Virus record (IMG/VR): IMGVR_UViG_3300026493_000002
Direction: 5' to 3' (one strand)
DNA length: 64,000 nucleotides
From: a virus
Lineage: Duplodnaviria; Caudoviricetes
Shown here: one piece after another, positions 1-9,038 of the stretch
Numbering within the stretch: position 1 is the first letter of the stretch
Layout: the number at the start of each line of letters is the position of its first letter
Made by a program: the position numbers and the translations under genes
Notes under the pieces: model-generated
Seen by the model: only the letters and a program-made list of their open reading frames with translations
What the model was told of the DNA's origin: nothing
Databases searched by the model: none

Positions 1-50
1 GTTCGGCTTTGCCATGGTACTAACTCCTGGGTGAAATGAATGACGCGTGG

Positions 51-1004
51 TTACTGCGCGGGCCGGGACTTCGACTTCTTGAGCTTCTTCCGGTTGGGAT
101 AGCCCGGGCCCGATGCGAAGCCCTTGCCGAACTGCTTGGTCTTCTTGGCTGCATCACTCGCCAGACGGCCGACGAACTCCTTGGCCTTCGCACTGAGCGC
201 GCTCTTGCCGGCCTCTTGCTGATAGGCCTCATCGGCAGCAGCAACCTTCACTGCGAGCGGATTCAGGGCCTTCTTGCGCTTGGCCTTCGCCTTTTCGTAT
301 GCCTCGCTAGCCTTGTTCTCGAGGGCTTCCAGCGAGCGACGCTCCTTGCGGACATGCTCGTCGTAGTCGGCCAGAGCCTGCGAAGCATGATCCATGGAGT
401 CCTGTGCGGTCTTCACTTCGGCGTCGAGTTCGGCGCGCTTCTTCTGGAAGGCGTCGAACTTTACCTTGACCGCGGCACGCTTGCCGGCACGCGCGCTGTT
501 CTTGGCCGAGGTCAGCACCTTCTTGGCCTTGGCCAGCTGGGCTTTCGTCGGTGCCTTGGCGCTCTCGGACACGAAGTCGTGCAGCACGGGTGCGCTGCTG
601 GAGTGCGAGCTCCATTCGATCTTTTCGGTGCCGTACAGCATGATGATCCACGAGCCATCCTCGAACGTCTCGGCGGTCTCGGAAATGACGATGTGGTTCT
701 TGTCGCCCTTCGCGTTGATCGCGTAGATTTCGTTGGTGAACTCGTCGAAGCCGTGCTTCACCTCGAAGCCGGCGGAGCGCAGGGCGTTGGCGATCTTGAC
801 AGCGAGGTTCTTGCCGTCGTCTTCACCAGGACCGACCAGTTCGGCGCCATCGCCGTCATACAGGTCGTCGAGCTTGACCTTCGGCACGGTCTTCTTGATG
901 ACTGCGACCATGCCATCTGCCCACGGGTAATCGGCAGCAGTGCGGGTTTTCGACTCGCTGGTCTGCACACCCGTGGTGTCGACCAGATTGATCTTTCGGC
1001 TCAT
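51..1004 (-). CDS. Hypothetical protein, probably virion-associated, with Lys/Ala-rich coiled-coil C-terminus
   Basis: 317-aa ORF at the end of the structural run; N-terminal KINL...TSES leader. Confidence 0.7.
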   Translation of the reverse strand: MSRKINLVDTTGVQTSESKTRTAADYPWADGMVAVIKKTVPKVKLDDLYDGDGAELVGPGEDDGKNLAVKIANALRSAGFEVKHGFDEFTNEIYAINAKGDKNHIVISETAETFEDGSWIIMLYGTEKIEWSSHSSSAPVLHDFVSESAKAPTKAQLAKAKKVLTSAKNSARAGKRAAVKVKFDAFQKKRAELDAEVKTAQDSMDHASQALADYDEHVRKERRSLEALENKASEAYEKAKAKRKKALNPLAVKVAAADEAYQQEAGKSALSAKAKEFVGRLASDAAKKTKQFGKGFASGPGYPNRKKLKKSKSRPAQ

Positions 1005-1330
1005 GACTGTTGTTCTCGGTTGTGGAGCGGCATCACACTGAGGTCAATGTGAGGGCCGCCGCCAAATGAAATGATGTAGGCTCTTCGCCCGTGAGGCTTG
1101 TCGCTGCCTTGGTCTGCACATGAGCCACCTATGAAGTCGCAGATCGCTTGGATCAACTCTTCATCGCTAACCGCGTCCTCGACCCAGGGTATCGCCACTA
1201 GATCGAGGTCGTAGCTAAGAGAGCCGTGCACGGCAACACAGTAGCCCAGTTTTCGGCAGAGCTCCTGTATGCCCTGCAGACGCCACATGTAGAACATGTT
1301 GGCGCCTTTGATAGGCTCCCTGTTTGCCAT
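1001..1330 (-). CDS. Small conserved-type phage protein, possible minimal nucleotidyltransferase fold
   Basis: VAVHGSLSYDLDLVAIPW (GS..DxD); stop/start overlaps with both neighbours; function is inference. Confidence 0.55.
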   Translation of the reverse strand: MANREPIKGANMFYMWRLQGIQELCRKLGYCVAVHGSLSYDLDLVAIPWVEDAVSDEELIQAICDFIGGSCADQGSDKPHGRRAYIISFGGGPHIDLSVMPLHNREQQS

Positions 1331-1713
1331 CAGCGTTCGCGGCGTTCGTTGGACACGAGGCGCAGGCCGATCAGGGACCGTGGCAGGATGAACTGCGCGG
1401 TGCGCGGCGAGGACGATTCCGGATCGAGGTAACGATTGACCTGTTCCTCCTGCGACTCCAGCAGTTCGGAGTCGGTCTCGTCGGTGAAGTCCTCGATCTC
1501 GGAGGCGATCTTGATACCGCGTTCCTTGATGGCGTTCTGCTTCTTGTCGAAGTCAGTGAACAGCTTGGTGACGGCCTTACGGAAGCTGGACTCATGGTCC
1601 ACGCGTTCCTTTTCGACCTTGTCCAATGCCTCGAACATGGTCTTGAACTTCTTGGTCTCGTCTTCGGTCAGCGTGGAAGCGGTGACGGCGAAGTCATGAA
1701 GTTGGATTTTCAT
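1330..1713 (-). CDS. Hypothetical helical protein, probably virion
   Basis: Start moved to MKIQLHDFAVTAS; 127 aa. Confidence 0.65.
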   Translation of the reverse strand: MKIQLHDFAVTASTLTEDETKKFKTMFEALDKVEKERVDHESSFRKAVTKLFTDFDKKQNAIKERGIKIASEIEDFTDETDSELLESQEEQVNRYLDPESSSPRTAQFILPRSLIGLRLVSNERRER

Positions 1714-1786
1714 TGCGATGTTCCTGGGTTCTATGTTCGTAAGTGTCTCGGTGATGTGCAACCACCGAGACGCGTCTGGACTTGAA

Positions 1787-3259
1787 TCAGTGCGACACGG
1801 TGACGTTCATCACCTTGCCAACCTTGGCCTGCTTGGATTCGACCAGCTTCTTGTGGGCAGGTGCAAAGCCGGCGCGGATGAAGTGCATCACCGCGGACTT
1901 GCCGAGCTGGTTGACGAACTTCAAGCCGTACTTCTTGTCCTTCGGATCGGCCTGCACCGTGAAGTCCTGGTTGTACGACTTGCTGGCGTAGCGGTAGATC
2001 GGATCACCGCCGTTCTTGTCCACACTCACCAAGGTGTACGGGATCTTGGTGATGATCGACGCGCGGCCGGAAGGCTTGGAGTCAGCACCCGGCTTCAACA
2101 AGCGCGGCACGCTCGGGTCGGTCTTGACCATGCCGAGGCCGGTCGTTTCCATCTGCAACGTCTTGAGGTGACGATCGGCCATCTTGCGGTCGAAGGTCAG
2201 CGCGAAGTTGCGAGCCAGCCACTTCTGCATCAGGGGCTGGTCGGCCAGGGCCGGGCTCGGATCCTTGACGTACACAGCGCGAGGATCTGCGGGGTTGCGT
2301 GCGAAGCTGATCTGGAAATCACCGTTGGCATACGTGTACCACTCGGTCATCATCTTCTCGCCGCCGCGGACAGCAACGTTGCGATCCGGAACGGGCTTGC
2401 CGACCAGCTTGAGAACTACGTCGGCACGCCCCGGAACGTAGAACTTGTCCTTGGTCAGGGTGATGCCGCCACCGTCGTTTTCCTCGTCATAGCGGAAGCG
2501 GGCTTCGTAGCCGTACTTGCCACCCTTGGCATACGCACCGAGAACGGCACGCATGACTTCCGGAGTGAACACCTTCGGCTTGTCATTCTTGACGATCTGG
2601 TAGACGTTCGGCTTCACCGGATTCTGGACAGCACGGAACCCGTACACGTCATGACCGACCCAGAACGAGACCAGCGTGGATGCACGCAGCTTGCCACCGA
2701 CTTCAACAACGACGGAGACAGCACCAGCGACGTAAGCCGTGTTGGCGAACTCCTCGATCTCCTTCTCCAGGTCGGTCTTGAAGTTCGGGTCGTCCTGGAC
2801 GCTATCGACCCAGTTCTCCTGGTCCTCTTCGTTCGACTGCGAAACGAAGTCGCGCAGATCAATCTTGCTGGATACTCGGGAAGAGGCCAGTGCGGTGGCT
2901 TCGGTAACCTGCCGCACGTTGGTCATGGGGAACGGCGACTTGCCGATCGGGACGATGGAGTACTGACTGCCGCTCGGATGACGGGTGACCGCAACGCGGT
3001 TGGGACCACCCACTTCCTGAACAGTCCACGCCTTGATTCCGTTGGCGTCCAGGCCGGTCTTCACCAGGAAGCCATCCTCCACGAAGGAATCCATCAGCAG
3101 CTTGATGCGACGATAGCGCTCGGACTCGTTGGGCACAGTCAGTTCCAGATCGGCCTTGCCGGTCAGGAAGCGAGTGAGCTTGAGTCGCGGGAAGTGTTCC
3201 TTGATGCAGTCTTCCAGGTCCTTGACCCAGCGAGCGTTCGATTCGGAAATCATGTTCAT
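1787..3259 (-). CDS. Hypothetical structural protein
   Basis: 490 aa, directly downstream of the sheath gene, typical codon usage; no family recognised. Confidence 0.7.
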   Translation of the reverse strand: MNMISESNARWVKDLEDCIKEHFPRLKLTRFLTGKADLELTVPNESERYRRIKLLMDSFVEDGFLVKTGLDANGIKAWTVQEVGGPNRVAVTRHPSGSQYSIVPIGKSPFPMTNVRQVTEATALASSRVSSKIDLRDFVSQSNEEDQENWVDSVQDDPNFKTDLEKEIEEFANTAYVAGAVSVVVEVGGKLRASTLVSFWVGHDVYGFRAVQNPVKPNVYQIVKNDKPKVFTPEVMRAVLGAYAKGGKYGYEARFRYDEENDGGGITLTKDKFYVPGRADVVLKLVGKPVPDRNVAVRGGEKMMTEWYTYANGDFQISFARNPADPRAVYVKDPSPALADQPLMQKWLARNFALTFDRKMADRHLKTLQMETTGLGMVKTDPSVPRLLKPGADSKPSGRASIITKIPYTLVSVDKNGGDPIYRYASKSYNQDFTVQADPKDKKYGLKFVNQLGKSAVMHFIRAGFAPAHKKLVESKQAKVGKVMNVTVSH

Positions 3260-3269
3260 GCAACTGTCC

Positions 3270-4838
3270 TTACTCGGTAGCGCTGGCGGTGAAGCGCGCG
3301 CCAGTCTTGTTGATGGTGGCCTGCAGCAGGATACGCTTCGCCGGCAGGACCGGGTCGACGTACACGTCCAGGATCAGGTCACCGTTCGCGGTGATCTCCG
3401 GCGGGTTGTTGCTTTCGTCGCAGGTGACACCGTAACGATGCACACCACGGCCGTTCTTGACGTTCTCGAGGAAGCGTTCGCAGATTTCGACCAGCTTGCC
3501 GCGCAGGATTTCGTCGTTGGGGTTGAACACCGAATACAGCGAGGTGTCCGACAGCGACGTTTCGAGGTACAGCATCAGGCGGCGCACGTTGACGTTCGAC
3601 AGTGCGGAGCGCATGGTCTGCAACGTATCGGCACCCCAGATGGCGATACCCACGCCTTCGAGGACGCGGATCGGGTTGATCTGCGATTCGACAAGCGCAT
3701 CGCGGTCGCCCTGGTTGTACGTCTCACGCACACCGCGCACACGCAGGTTGCCGCGCACCAGACCGGCGGGAGCGAACCACGTGGCAGCTTCACGATCCGT
3801 ACGTGCGTAGGCCGCAGCGACGTAGCCACTCGGCGGTACGTACAGCAGTCGGCTGGCGTAGTTATCGGCAACCAGCAGGTCGCAGCAGTACAGCGCCGAG
3901 TAGGAACTGTTGAGCGCGAGGCTACCACGACGCCAGTTGATCGCATCCTGCACACGCTGCTCGCCAGACGGAACGTCCAGGATCGCCATGCAGTCCATGC
4001 GGTCGGCACAGATTTCATCCATGCGCTGCTGGATCGCGGGGTTGACCAAGCCGGCGTTGATCAGGATGTTGACCGAGATTTCTTCCGGGTTGCGGTAGAG
4101 ATCCCACGCCTGCATCAGCTGGCCGGTGGTTGCGCGAGTGCCGTTGGTGCCGCCGCCCAGCTGGGTCTGGATCACCGACAGGATGAACTTGCGCTTCGGG
4201 TTCTGCATGTACTGCGGATGCGTCTCGTTCTGGACGATGCGGATCAGGGCAGAGCGGCGGTTGATGTGTTCCTGGATGTTCTGCTGCACACCGAAGCCAT
4301 CGACCTGGTGATTGAGGACAACCAGGAACGACTCGCTCGCAACACCACTGCCGTTCTCGAACACGTCCACGTAGAACGAATTGTCGTTGACCTTGGTGTT
4401 CGGGTAGACGCGGACAACCAGCTGCTGGTTCCACTCGCCAGGATCGACGGCATGGACCACGAACAGCTCATCCGGCCCGAAGTCGTACTCGTCGGGATAC
4501 TCGGTGCCCGTCTCCCACTTGTAGAAGGAGTTGAGCGAGTTCTCGTTGATGAACACCGTCGCACCGCCGTACTGCGCACCGGGCGCAACACGGGTAACGT
4601 ACAGGCGGTTGCCTTCGTTCAGGAACGCGAGCGCCGAGTAGTGCAGGTAACCCAGCGAAGCGTCGGGCGTGCCGAACTGGCGGATGAAGCTCTGGATGCT
4701 GGTGATAAGCGTGCGCTTGTTCACCGGGCCGCGATTCGACTCGCCAACGATGGCGGCAACCGAAGTGCTGACCTGGGACGCCTCTTGGGAGTTGTCAATC
4801 TCCTTGACGTAAACGCCCGCGGAGGAATTGTTAGCCAT
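3270..4838 (-). CDS. Contractile tail sheath protein
   Basis: GVYVKEID N-terminus, WFAPAGLVRG, INPI, IWGADT and NVRRL sheath motifs. Confidence 0.95.
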   Translation of the reverse strand: MANNSSAGVYVKEIDNSQEASQVSTSVAAIVGESNRGPVNKRTLITSIQSFIRQFGTPDASLGYLHYSALAFLNEGNRLYVTRVAPGAQYGGATVFINENSLNSFYKWETGTEYPDEYDFGPDELFVVHAVDPGEWNQQLVVRVYPNTKVNDNSFYVDVFENGSGVASESFLVVLNHQVDGFGVQQNIQEHINRRSALIRIVQNETHPQYMQNPKRKFILSVIQTQLGGGTNGTRATTGQLMQAWDLYRNPEEISVNILINAGLVNPAIQQRMDEICADRMDCMAILDVPSGEQRVQDAINWRRGSLALNSSYSALYCCDLLVADNYASRLLYVPPSGYVAAAYARTDREAATWFAPAGLVRGNLRVRGVRETYNQGDRDALVESQINPIRVLEGVGIAIWGADTLQTMRSALSNVNVRRLMLYLETSLSDTSLYSVFNPNDEILRGKLVEICERFLENVKNGRGVHRYGVTCDESNNPPEITANGDLILDVYVDPVLPAKRILLQATINKTGARFTASATE

Positions 4839-4888
4839 TGGAATCTCCTGTGCGGATGATGCTAAGTGCGATAACCCTTAGACAGTTG

Positions 4889-4895
4889 AAATTAC
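4889..4895 (-). promoter_or_regulatory. Putative late promoter motif GTAATTT
   Basis: AT-rich motif about 50 nt upstream of the sheath gene; recurs upstream of six virion-region genes. Confidence 0.6.
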
Positions 4896-4920
4896 GAAGT
4901 GGTACGGAACGGCCTACTCT

Positions 4921-5319
4921 TTAGGTGCCGGTTTTCAAGCCCGCAGACGCATATACAAGCTGCCTGCGGTACTCGACGTGATCGGCAAGGAGAAGTTCCA
5001 GGCTGGATGCACAACAGGCGGCCTTCAACGTCTGGACCGCCTGCTCGGACAGCGCGCGCATCTTGTAAGCAAGGCTTGCAGCAAGCTCATGGTTGTTGGC
5101 CAGTACCGCAGTGCGATACTTCCGAGCGTGCTTCATGTAGCGCGCGTGCGCCATCGAGGTCAAACCCTCTTGTGCGTTCGCCGACCGGATCATTCGCGTG
5201 AGCATGGCAATCGCATCGTCCGATGAGGCAATCGCCGTTTGAATCTGGGACTCACTGAGGCTCGATACGTCCCTGCGATCCACGCGGAGAGTGTCGAACA
5301 GTTGGCTGTGCACAGGCAT
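4921..5319 (-). CDS. Hypothetical protein
   Basis: Start moved to MPVHSQ; 132 aa; contains SLSES and IASS motifs. Confidence 0.6.
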   Translation of the reverse strand: MPVHSQLFDTLRVDRRDVSSLSESQIQTAIASSDDAIAMLTRMIRSANAQEGLTSMAHARYMKHARKYRTAVLANNHELAASLAYKMRALSEQAVQTLKAACCASSLELLLADHVEYRRQLVYASAGLKTGT

Positions 5320-5333
5320 GACGCGCACTCCGA

Positions 5334-5705
5334 TCAGCTGTAGGTAAAGCTCAGGCGCACCATCTCGGGGGCCGAGATTTCGATGCGCTCCAGCTCGCCG
5401 TAGAAGATGAAGACGCCGTGGCATGGCACGTTGGCGAGTTCACCAGACTTGTACTTGATGCGCAGGCGGATCGGCTGGTACGAGTTGATGATGACTGCGG
5501 TTTCAATGCCGTCGATCACGAACTGCTGACCCTCACCAGGACCGACTACCACGTCACCGCTGGATGCCGCACGGCCCTGTACCACTCGCTTGGCAATCGA
5601 ACCCTGCTGGGCGCGCTTGCGAAGTTGCAGGTCGGCAATGGTCGTCACGAACTGCGTAACGATGGTGCGCTCCAGTCCCTGACGCTTAGAACGAAGGTTG
5701 CTCAT
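5334..5705 (-). CDS. Hypothetical beta-rich structural protein
   Basis: Start MSNLRS preceded by GAGGAG; 123 aa. Confidence 0.65.
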   Translation of the reverse strand: MSNLRSKRQGLERTIVTQFVTTIADLQLRKRAQQGSIAKRVVQGRAASSGDVVVGPGEGQQFVIDGIETAVIINSYQPIRLRIKYKSGELANVPCHGVFIFYGELERIEISAPEMVRLSFTYS

Positions 5706-6426
5706 TGGTGGAATACTCCTCAGGGATAACGGGCTCGTACTCGCCGAAGAGGTCGTCTGCGTCGAGCATACGCGGATCCGAAACGTTCTCGCGCGAACCG
5801 TACACACCCTTGGATGCAACGCCAATCTGAGGATCAGCGGCATACACGGATGCAACGTCGCGGAAGAAGCCAGCCCACGTGTGGAAGATGAACTGGATGC
5901 TGACTTCGCCACCGCCGGGCTTGGTGGTGTCACCAGTGTCGGCAATGGGGATCGTCAGATTGTCCGGGATTTCGATACGGTTGTTCAGCACCAGCTGGTT
6001 GGCGAACTTGACGTCGAAGTTCAAGTTGGTCATCGCAGACAGGATGAGGAAGGTTTCGATCATCCCATACAGGCGCTTTGCATCCGAGTCGGTGTACTTC
6101 AACTCAAAGCCGAGCTTCACCGGGAACAGGAAACCCACAGAGGCGGTGTTTCGTGTTGCGCCGACTGTACCCATACGCATACCCACGCGGGCAGTGTTGC
6201 GGTTGTTTACGAGGTCACGGGTTGCCTGTGCGTCACTGGGCACTAGCCATGCGTATGGATACGTGTCGTCCTTCGTATTCTCCATCTGCGCCTTGATCTT
6301 GTCATCGGTGCTGATGCGAATACGCTTGACGCCGGTCTCACGCTGGAACACGGCACGCATGCCATGCAGGCCAGTCAACAGCAGACTGCTCTTGGCAATC
6401 TCCGCAGGAATGTGGATGCGAGCCAT
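5686..6426 (-). CDS. Hypothetical structural protein (possible neck/tail-completion)
   Basis: 246 aa between head and sheath genes; GGAG RBS; role inferred from position only. Confidence 0.6.
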   Translation of the reverse strand: MARIHIPAEIAKSSLLLTGLHGMRAVFQRETGVKRIRISTDDKIKAQMENTKDDTYPYAWLVPSDAQATRDLVNNRNTARVGMRMGTVGATRNTASVGFLFPVKLGFELKYTDSDAKRLYGMIETFLILSAMTNLNFDVKFANQLVLNNRIEIPDNLTIPIADTGDTTKPGGGEVSIQFIFHTWAGFFRDVASVYAADPQIGVASKGVYGSRENVSDPRMLDADDLFGEYEPVIPEEYSTNEQPSF

Positions 6427-6447
6427 GTTGACTCCTTTGTGGAGTGG

Positions 6448-6488
6448 AAAAAATGAAGCCCCGAAAGGAACGAAAGTCCTCCGGGGCT
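6448..6488 (-). terminator. Rho-independent terminator
   Basis: AGCCCCG...CGGGGCT stem followed by TCATTTTTT. Confidence 0.75.
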
Positions 6489-6506
6489 CCAGTCACGCTG
6501 TCGTCG

Positions 6507-6986
6507 CTATTGCTTGATCCGGACGGGACTCTCGGAGCCCATCACAAGACGCATCGGATGGGGACCACCACCATGGTTCCCACTACTCAGCGAGCTTGGT
6601 ACGATCTTCTGGCCGGGCACGCCCGGGTTCCAATCGTCGGAAGGTGCGTCGTCGCCATCTTCTTCGTCCTCAGCCAGGAGTTCGGAGGGTTCAACCTCTT
6701 CATCCGCAGAGAGCGAGGGGATAAGCGACATGGCGTCAGCCAGGCTCTTGGAGATTGATTCCAGACCAGCGCGTGGTGCGTCACTGGATTCAGATTCCCA
6801 ATCTCCGGACGACGGCCGCAGGTCTTCGGCGTCGAGGTCACCCTCAACATCCAGTTCCTGCAACAGTTCGTCCGCATCCGAAGAACTCAGGGACGTTGCG
6901 AACAACGAACCTGCTTCCTCGTAGCGACCATTGCGATACGCCACAGCGGCAAGCAACAGAAGATCACGAGCAATGTTCTGTTTCAT
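6507..6986 (-). CDS. Hypothetical acidic head-region protein
   Basis: 159 aa directly downstream of the capsid gene; repeated SLS/SES motifs. Confidence 0.7.
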   Translation of the reverse strand: MKQNIARDLLLLAAVAYRNGRYEEAGSLFATSLSSSDADELLQELDVEGDLDAEDLRPSSGDWESESSDAPRAGLESISKSLADAMSLIPSLSADEEVEPSELLAEDEEDGDDAPSDDWNPGVPGQKIVPSSLSSGNHGGGPHPMRLVMGSESPVRIKQ

Positions 6987-7011
6987 GCCTAGGACCTCAT
7001 GTTGTTGAGTC

Positions 7012-7045
7012 AGCGGAGTGGGCGGATTTGCCTACCCACTCCGCT
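7012..7045 (-). other. 11-bp GC-rich hairpin after the capsid gene, no U-tract
   Basis: AGCGGAGTGGG/CCCACTCCGCT perfect inverted repeat. Confidence 0.7.
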
Positions 7046-7060
7046 TCATCAGGTCCTGGA

Positions 7061-8173
7061 TCAGACGCGCTGGCCCTTGGCGATGGACTTGGCGTTGGCC
7101 AGGGTGAACGAGAACAGTTCGTTCAGCATCCAGCCCTTGGTGGTGTTGCCGTGGTCGGCGCCCGAGGTCGGGGTCGAGCGCACGCCGCCGCGATCGGTGT
7201 AGACCGCGTGGTGCTCCGGCGAGGAGACCACGTAGATTTCACCGCGGTTCAGGACCTTCTGGTTCGGCTGACGGAAGGCATCGGTCAGCAGGTTCAGGCC
7301 GACCAGGGTACCCAGCTGGCCGTGCAGCGCCAGATCGTACTTGGTCACCGGATCCAGGAACTCGTGGAAGTCCGGGTTGGCGATGATATCGGCCCAGAAG
7401 TCGTTGGCGATGATCGCGGTGGCGGCCGGCAGGTTCCAGTCGGTGACGGACTGGCGGATGCGAGCCAGGTGGCCCGGGCCCAGCTGACCGACGATGTACT
7501 CCAGCGGGTTGATCAGGCCGACGGCCTTGTCCGCAGCCTTCTTCCACAGACGGTCTTCGGCGACCATCACGGAGTCCAGGCCCTGGTTGTACAGTTCGTC
7601 CAGCAGATCGCCGGACACCTGCTCCAGTTCCAGCTGCTCGCAGCGCAGGTTCGCGATGATCTCGAACTCGGCGGCCTCGAACATCTTGTTGCGGATCAGC
7701 TGGTAGCCGACCGAGGCAGCGCTGGTCGCGGTGACGGCCACGGCGTCGTACGACGGCATGGCGACACGGGCGACTTCACCCGAACGCAGGGTCTGGCCCA
7801 GGGCCACGTTGCGCAGGAAGCCCTGGCGAGCGCGGACTTCTTCGATCTTGGTCGCGATGGACGAGCCGAGGGCTGCCCACTGTGCCGGATCGTGGTAGGC
7901 CGCGGTCAGAACTTCACGACGGTCGCGGATCAGGTTGGCGTGTTCCTGCGAGGAAGCCAGCGCCGAGTTCTCGACGGTGGTCACCTGGCCGCTGGACACG
8001 GCCTGCATCAGACCGCTGATGGCGCGGACCAGTTCCTTCTTGTCGTGCGCGTTGAACTCGCCGGTGGCGCTCGACAGGGACAGCAGGTTGCTGTTGCCCA
8101 ACTTCAGTTGGTCGATGCTGTCGCCGTTGCGCAGCACCATCTGGGCGCCGGAAAACATGTTGTTGCCGTTCAT
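7061..8173 (-). CDS. Major capsid protein
   Basis: 370 aa, strongly biased codons, position after protease, scaffold-like and 231-aa genes; EFEIIAN...EQ..GDLL.E....V.EDR pattern recalled from jumbo-phage capsids. Confidence 0.8.
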   Translation of the reverse strand: MNGNNMFSGAQMVLRNGDSIDQLKLGNSNLLSLSSATGEFNAHDKKELVRAISGLMQAVSSGQVTTVENSALASSQEHANLIRDRREVLTAAYHDPAQWAALGSSIATKIEEVRARQGFLRNVALGQTLRSGEVARVAMPSYDAVAVTATSAASVGYQLIRNKMFEAAEFEIIANLRCEQLELEQVSGDLLDELYNQGLDSVMVAEDRLWKKAADKAVGLINPLEYIVGQLGPGHLARIRQSVTDWNLPAATAIIANDFWADIIANPDFHEFLDPVTKYDLALHGQLGTLVGLNLLTDAFRQPNQKVLNRGEIYVVSSPEHHAVYTDRGGVRSTPTSGADHGNTTKGWMLNELFSFTLANAKSIAKGQRV

Positions 8174-8229
8174 CTGGTGTCTCTCCAGTAATAGGGTGTA
8201 GATGATATGTGTCTGACCGTAGCGGCAGA

Positions 8230-8256
8230 CTGGGGCCCGCGTTGTGCAGGCCCCAG
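8230..8256 (-). other. 11-bp hairpin upstream of the capsid gene
   Basis: CTGGGGCCTGC-ACAAC-GCGGGCCCCAG (one G-U pair). Confidence 0.7.
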
Positions 8257-8263
8257 AACTGGC

Positions 8264-8959
8264 TTACGGGGTCTTGATGTGCAGAACCAGGGTCGCGTTC
8301 GCGGCGTTCGGCGAATTCGCCACGACCACGTTCGGCAGGGTGTTGGCGCCGGCAGCCGGCACGAACAGGCCGTTGGCACCCAGGCCGACCTTGATGACGT
8401 CGGTCCAGTCCTTGGTGGTGTCGAAGCAGGTGGTGCCGACGGTCGCGTCGTTCAGGCGGCCGATCGAGTCGACCAGCAGCGAGGCGTGACCACCGAACGG
8501 ACGATCACCCTGGAAAGCGCGGGCTTCTTCGACGTCCGGCACGTACATCATCTGCACGGTGATGGTCTTGCCTTCGGCGGCTTCGGCCAGCAGCAGCTGG
8601 TCACCGTTCAGGGCGATCGAGGTTTCGTCCGTCGGACGCTCGTCACCCGCGGTCGGCGCGATGGTGGTCGAACCGCTGACCACTGCAATCGAACCGGCAG
8701 CCGGCACGCGCGGCAGCTGGACCACGCCACCGACCGGCACCGAGTACTGGCGGATGAACGGGATGCGGCCGCCCGGAGCGAAACGCTCGTAGGACACGCC
8801 GGCGAACACTTCGCCAGCAGCACCGGTCGACGGCTGCACGCAGGTTTCACCGTTGACCTTCTTGAACACCAGGGCCAGGCCCTCTTCTTCGATACGGACG
8901 CCCGGAACGATCGGGGACTGGGCGGCGTAGGTGATGCGAGTATCGCGCAGTTGCAACAT
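8264..8959 (-). CDS. Head structural protein (possible decoration/cement)
   Basis: 231 aa, beta-rich, immediately upstream of the capsid gene with the same codon bias. Confidence 0.6.
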   Translation of the reverse strand: MLQLRDTRITYAAQSPIVPGVRIEEEGLALVFKKVNGETCVQPSTGAAGEVFAGVSYERFAPGGRIPFIRQYSVPVGGVVQLPRVPAAGSIAVVSGSTTIAPTAGDERPTDETSIALNGDQLLLAEAAEGKTITVQMMYVPDVEEARAFQGDRPFGGHASLLVDSIGRLNDATVGTTCFDTTKDWTDVIKVGLGANGLFVPAAGANTLPNVVVANSPNAANATLVLHIKTP

Positions 8960-9038
8960 GACTGCTTTCTCCAGATGGGGATTGGTGTGAAACGAGAGAG
9001 TGTCCTTTACCCTTGCGGGCTTGGACTACTGGGATCGC

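Noticed and set aside
1787-3259. Tail tube call for the gene after the sheath
   Set aside because: 490 aa is far larger than typical tube proteins and no tube motifs were recognised
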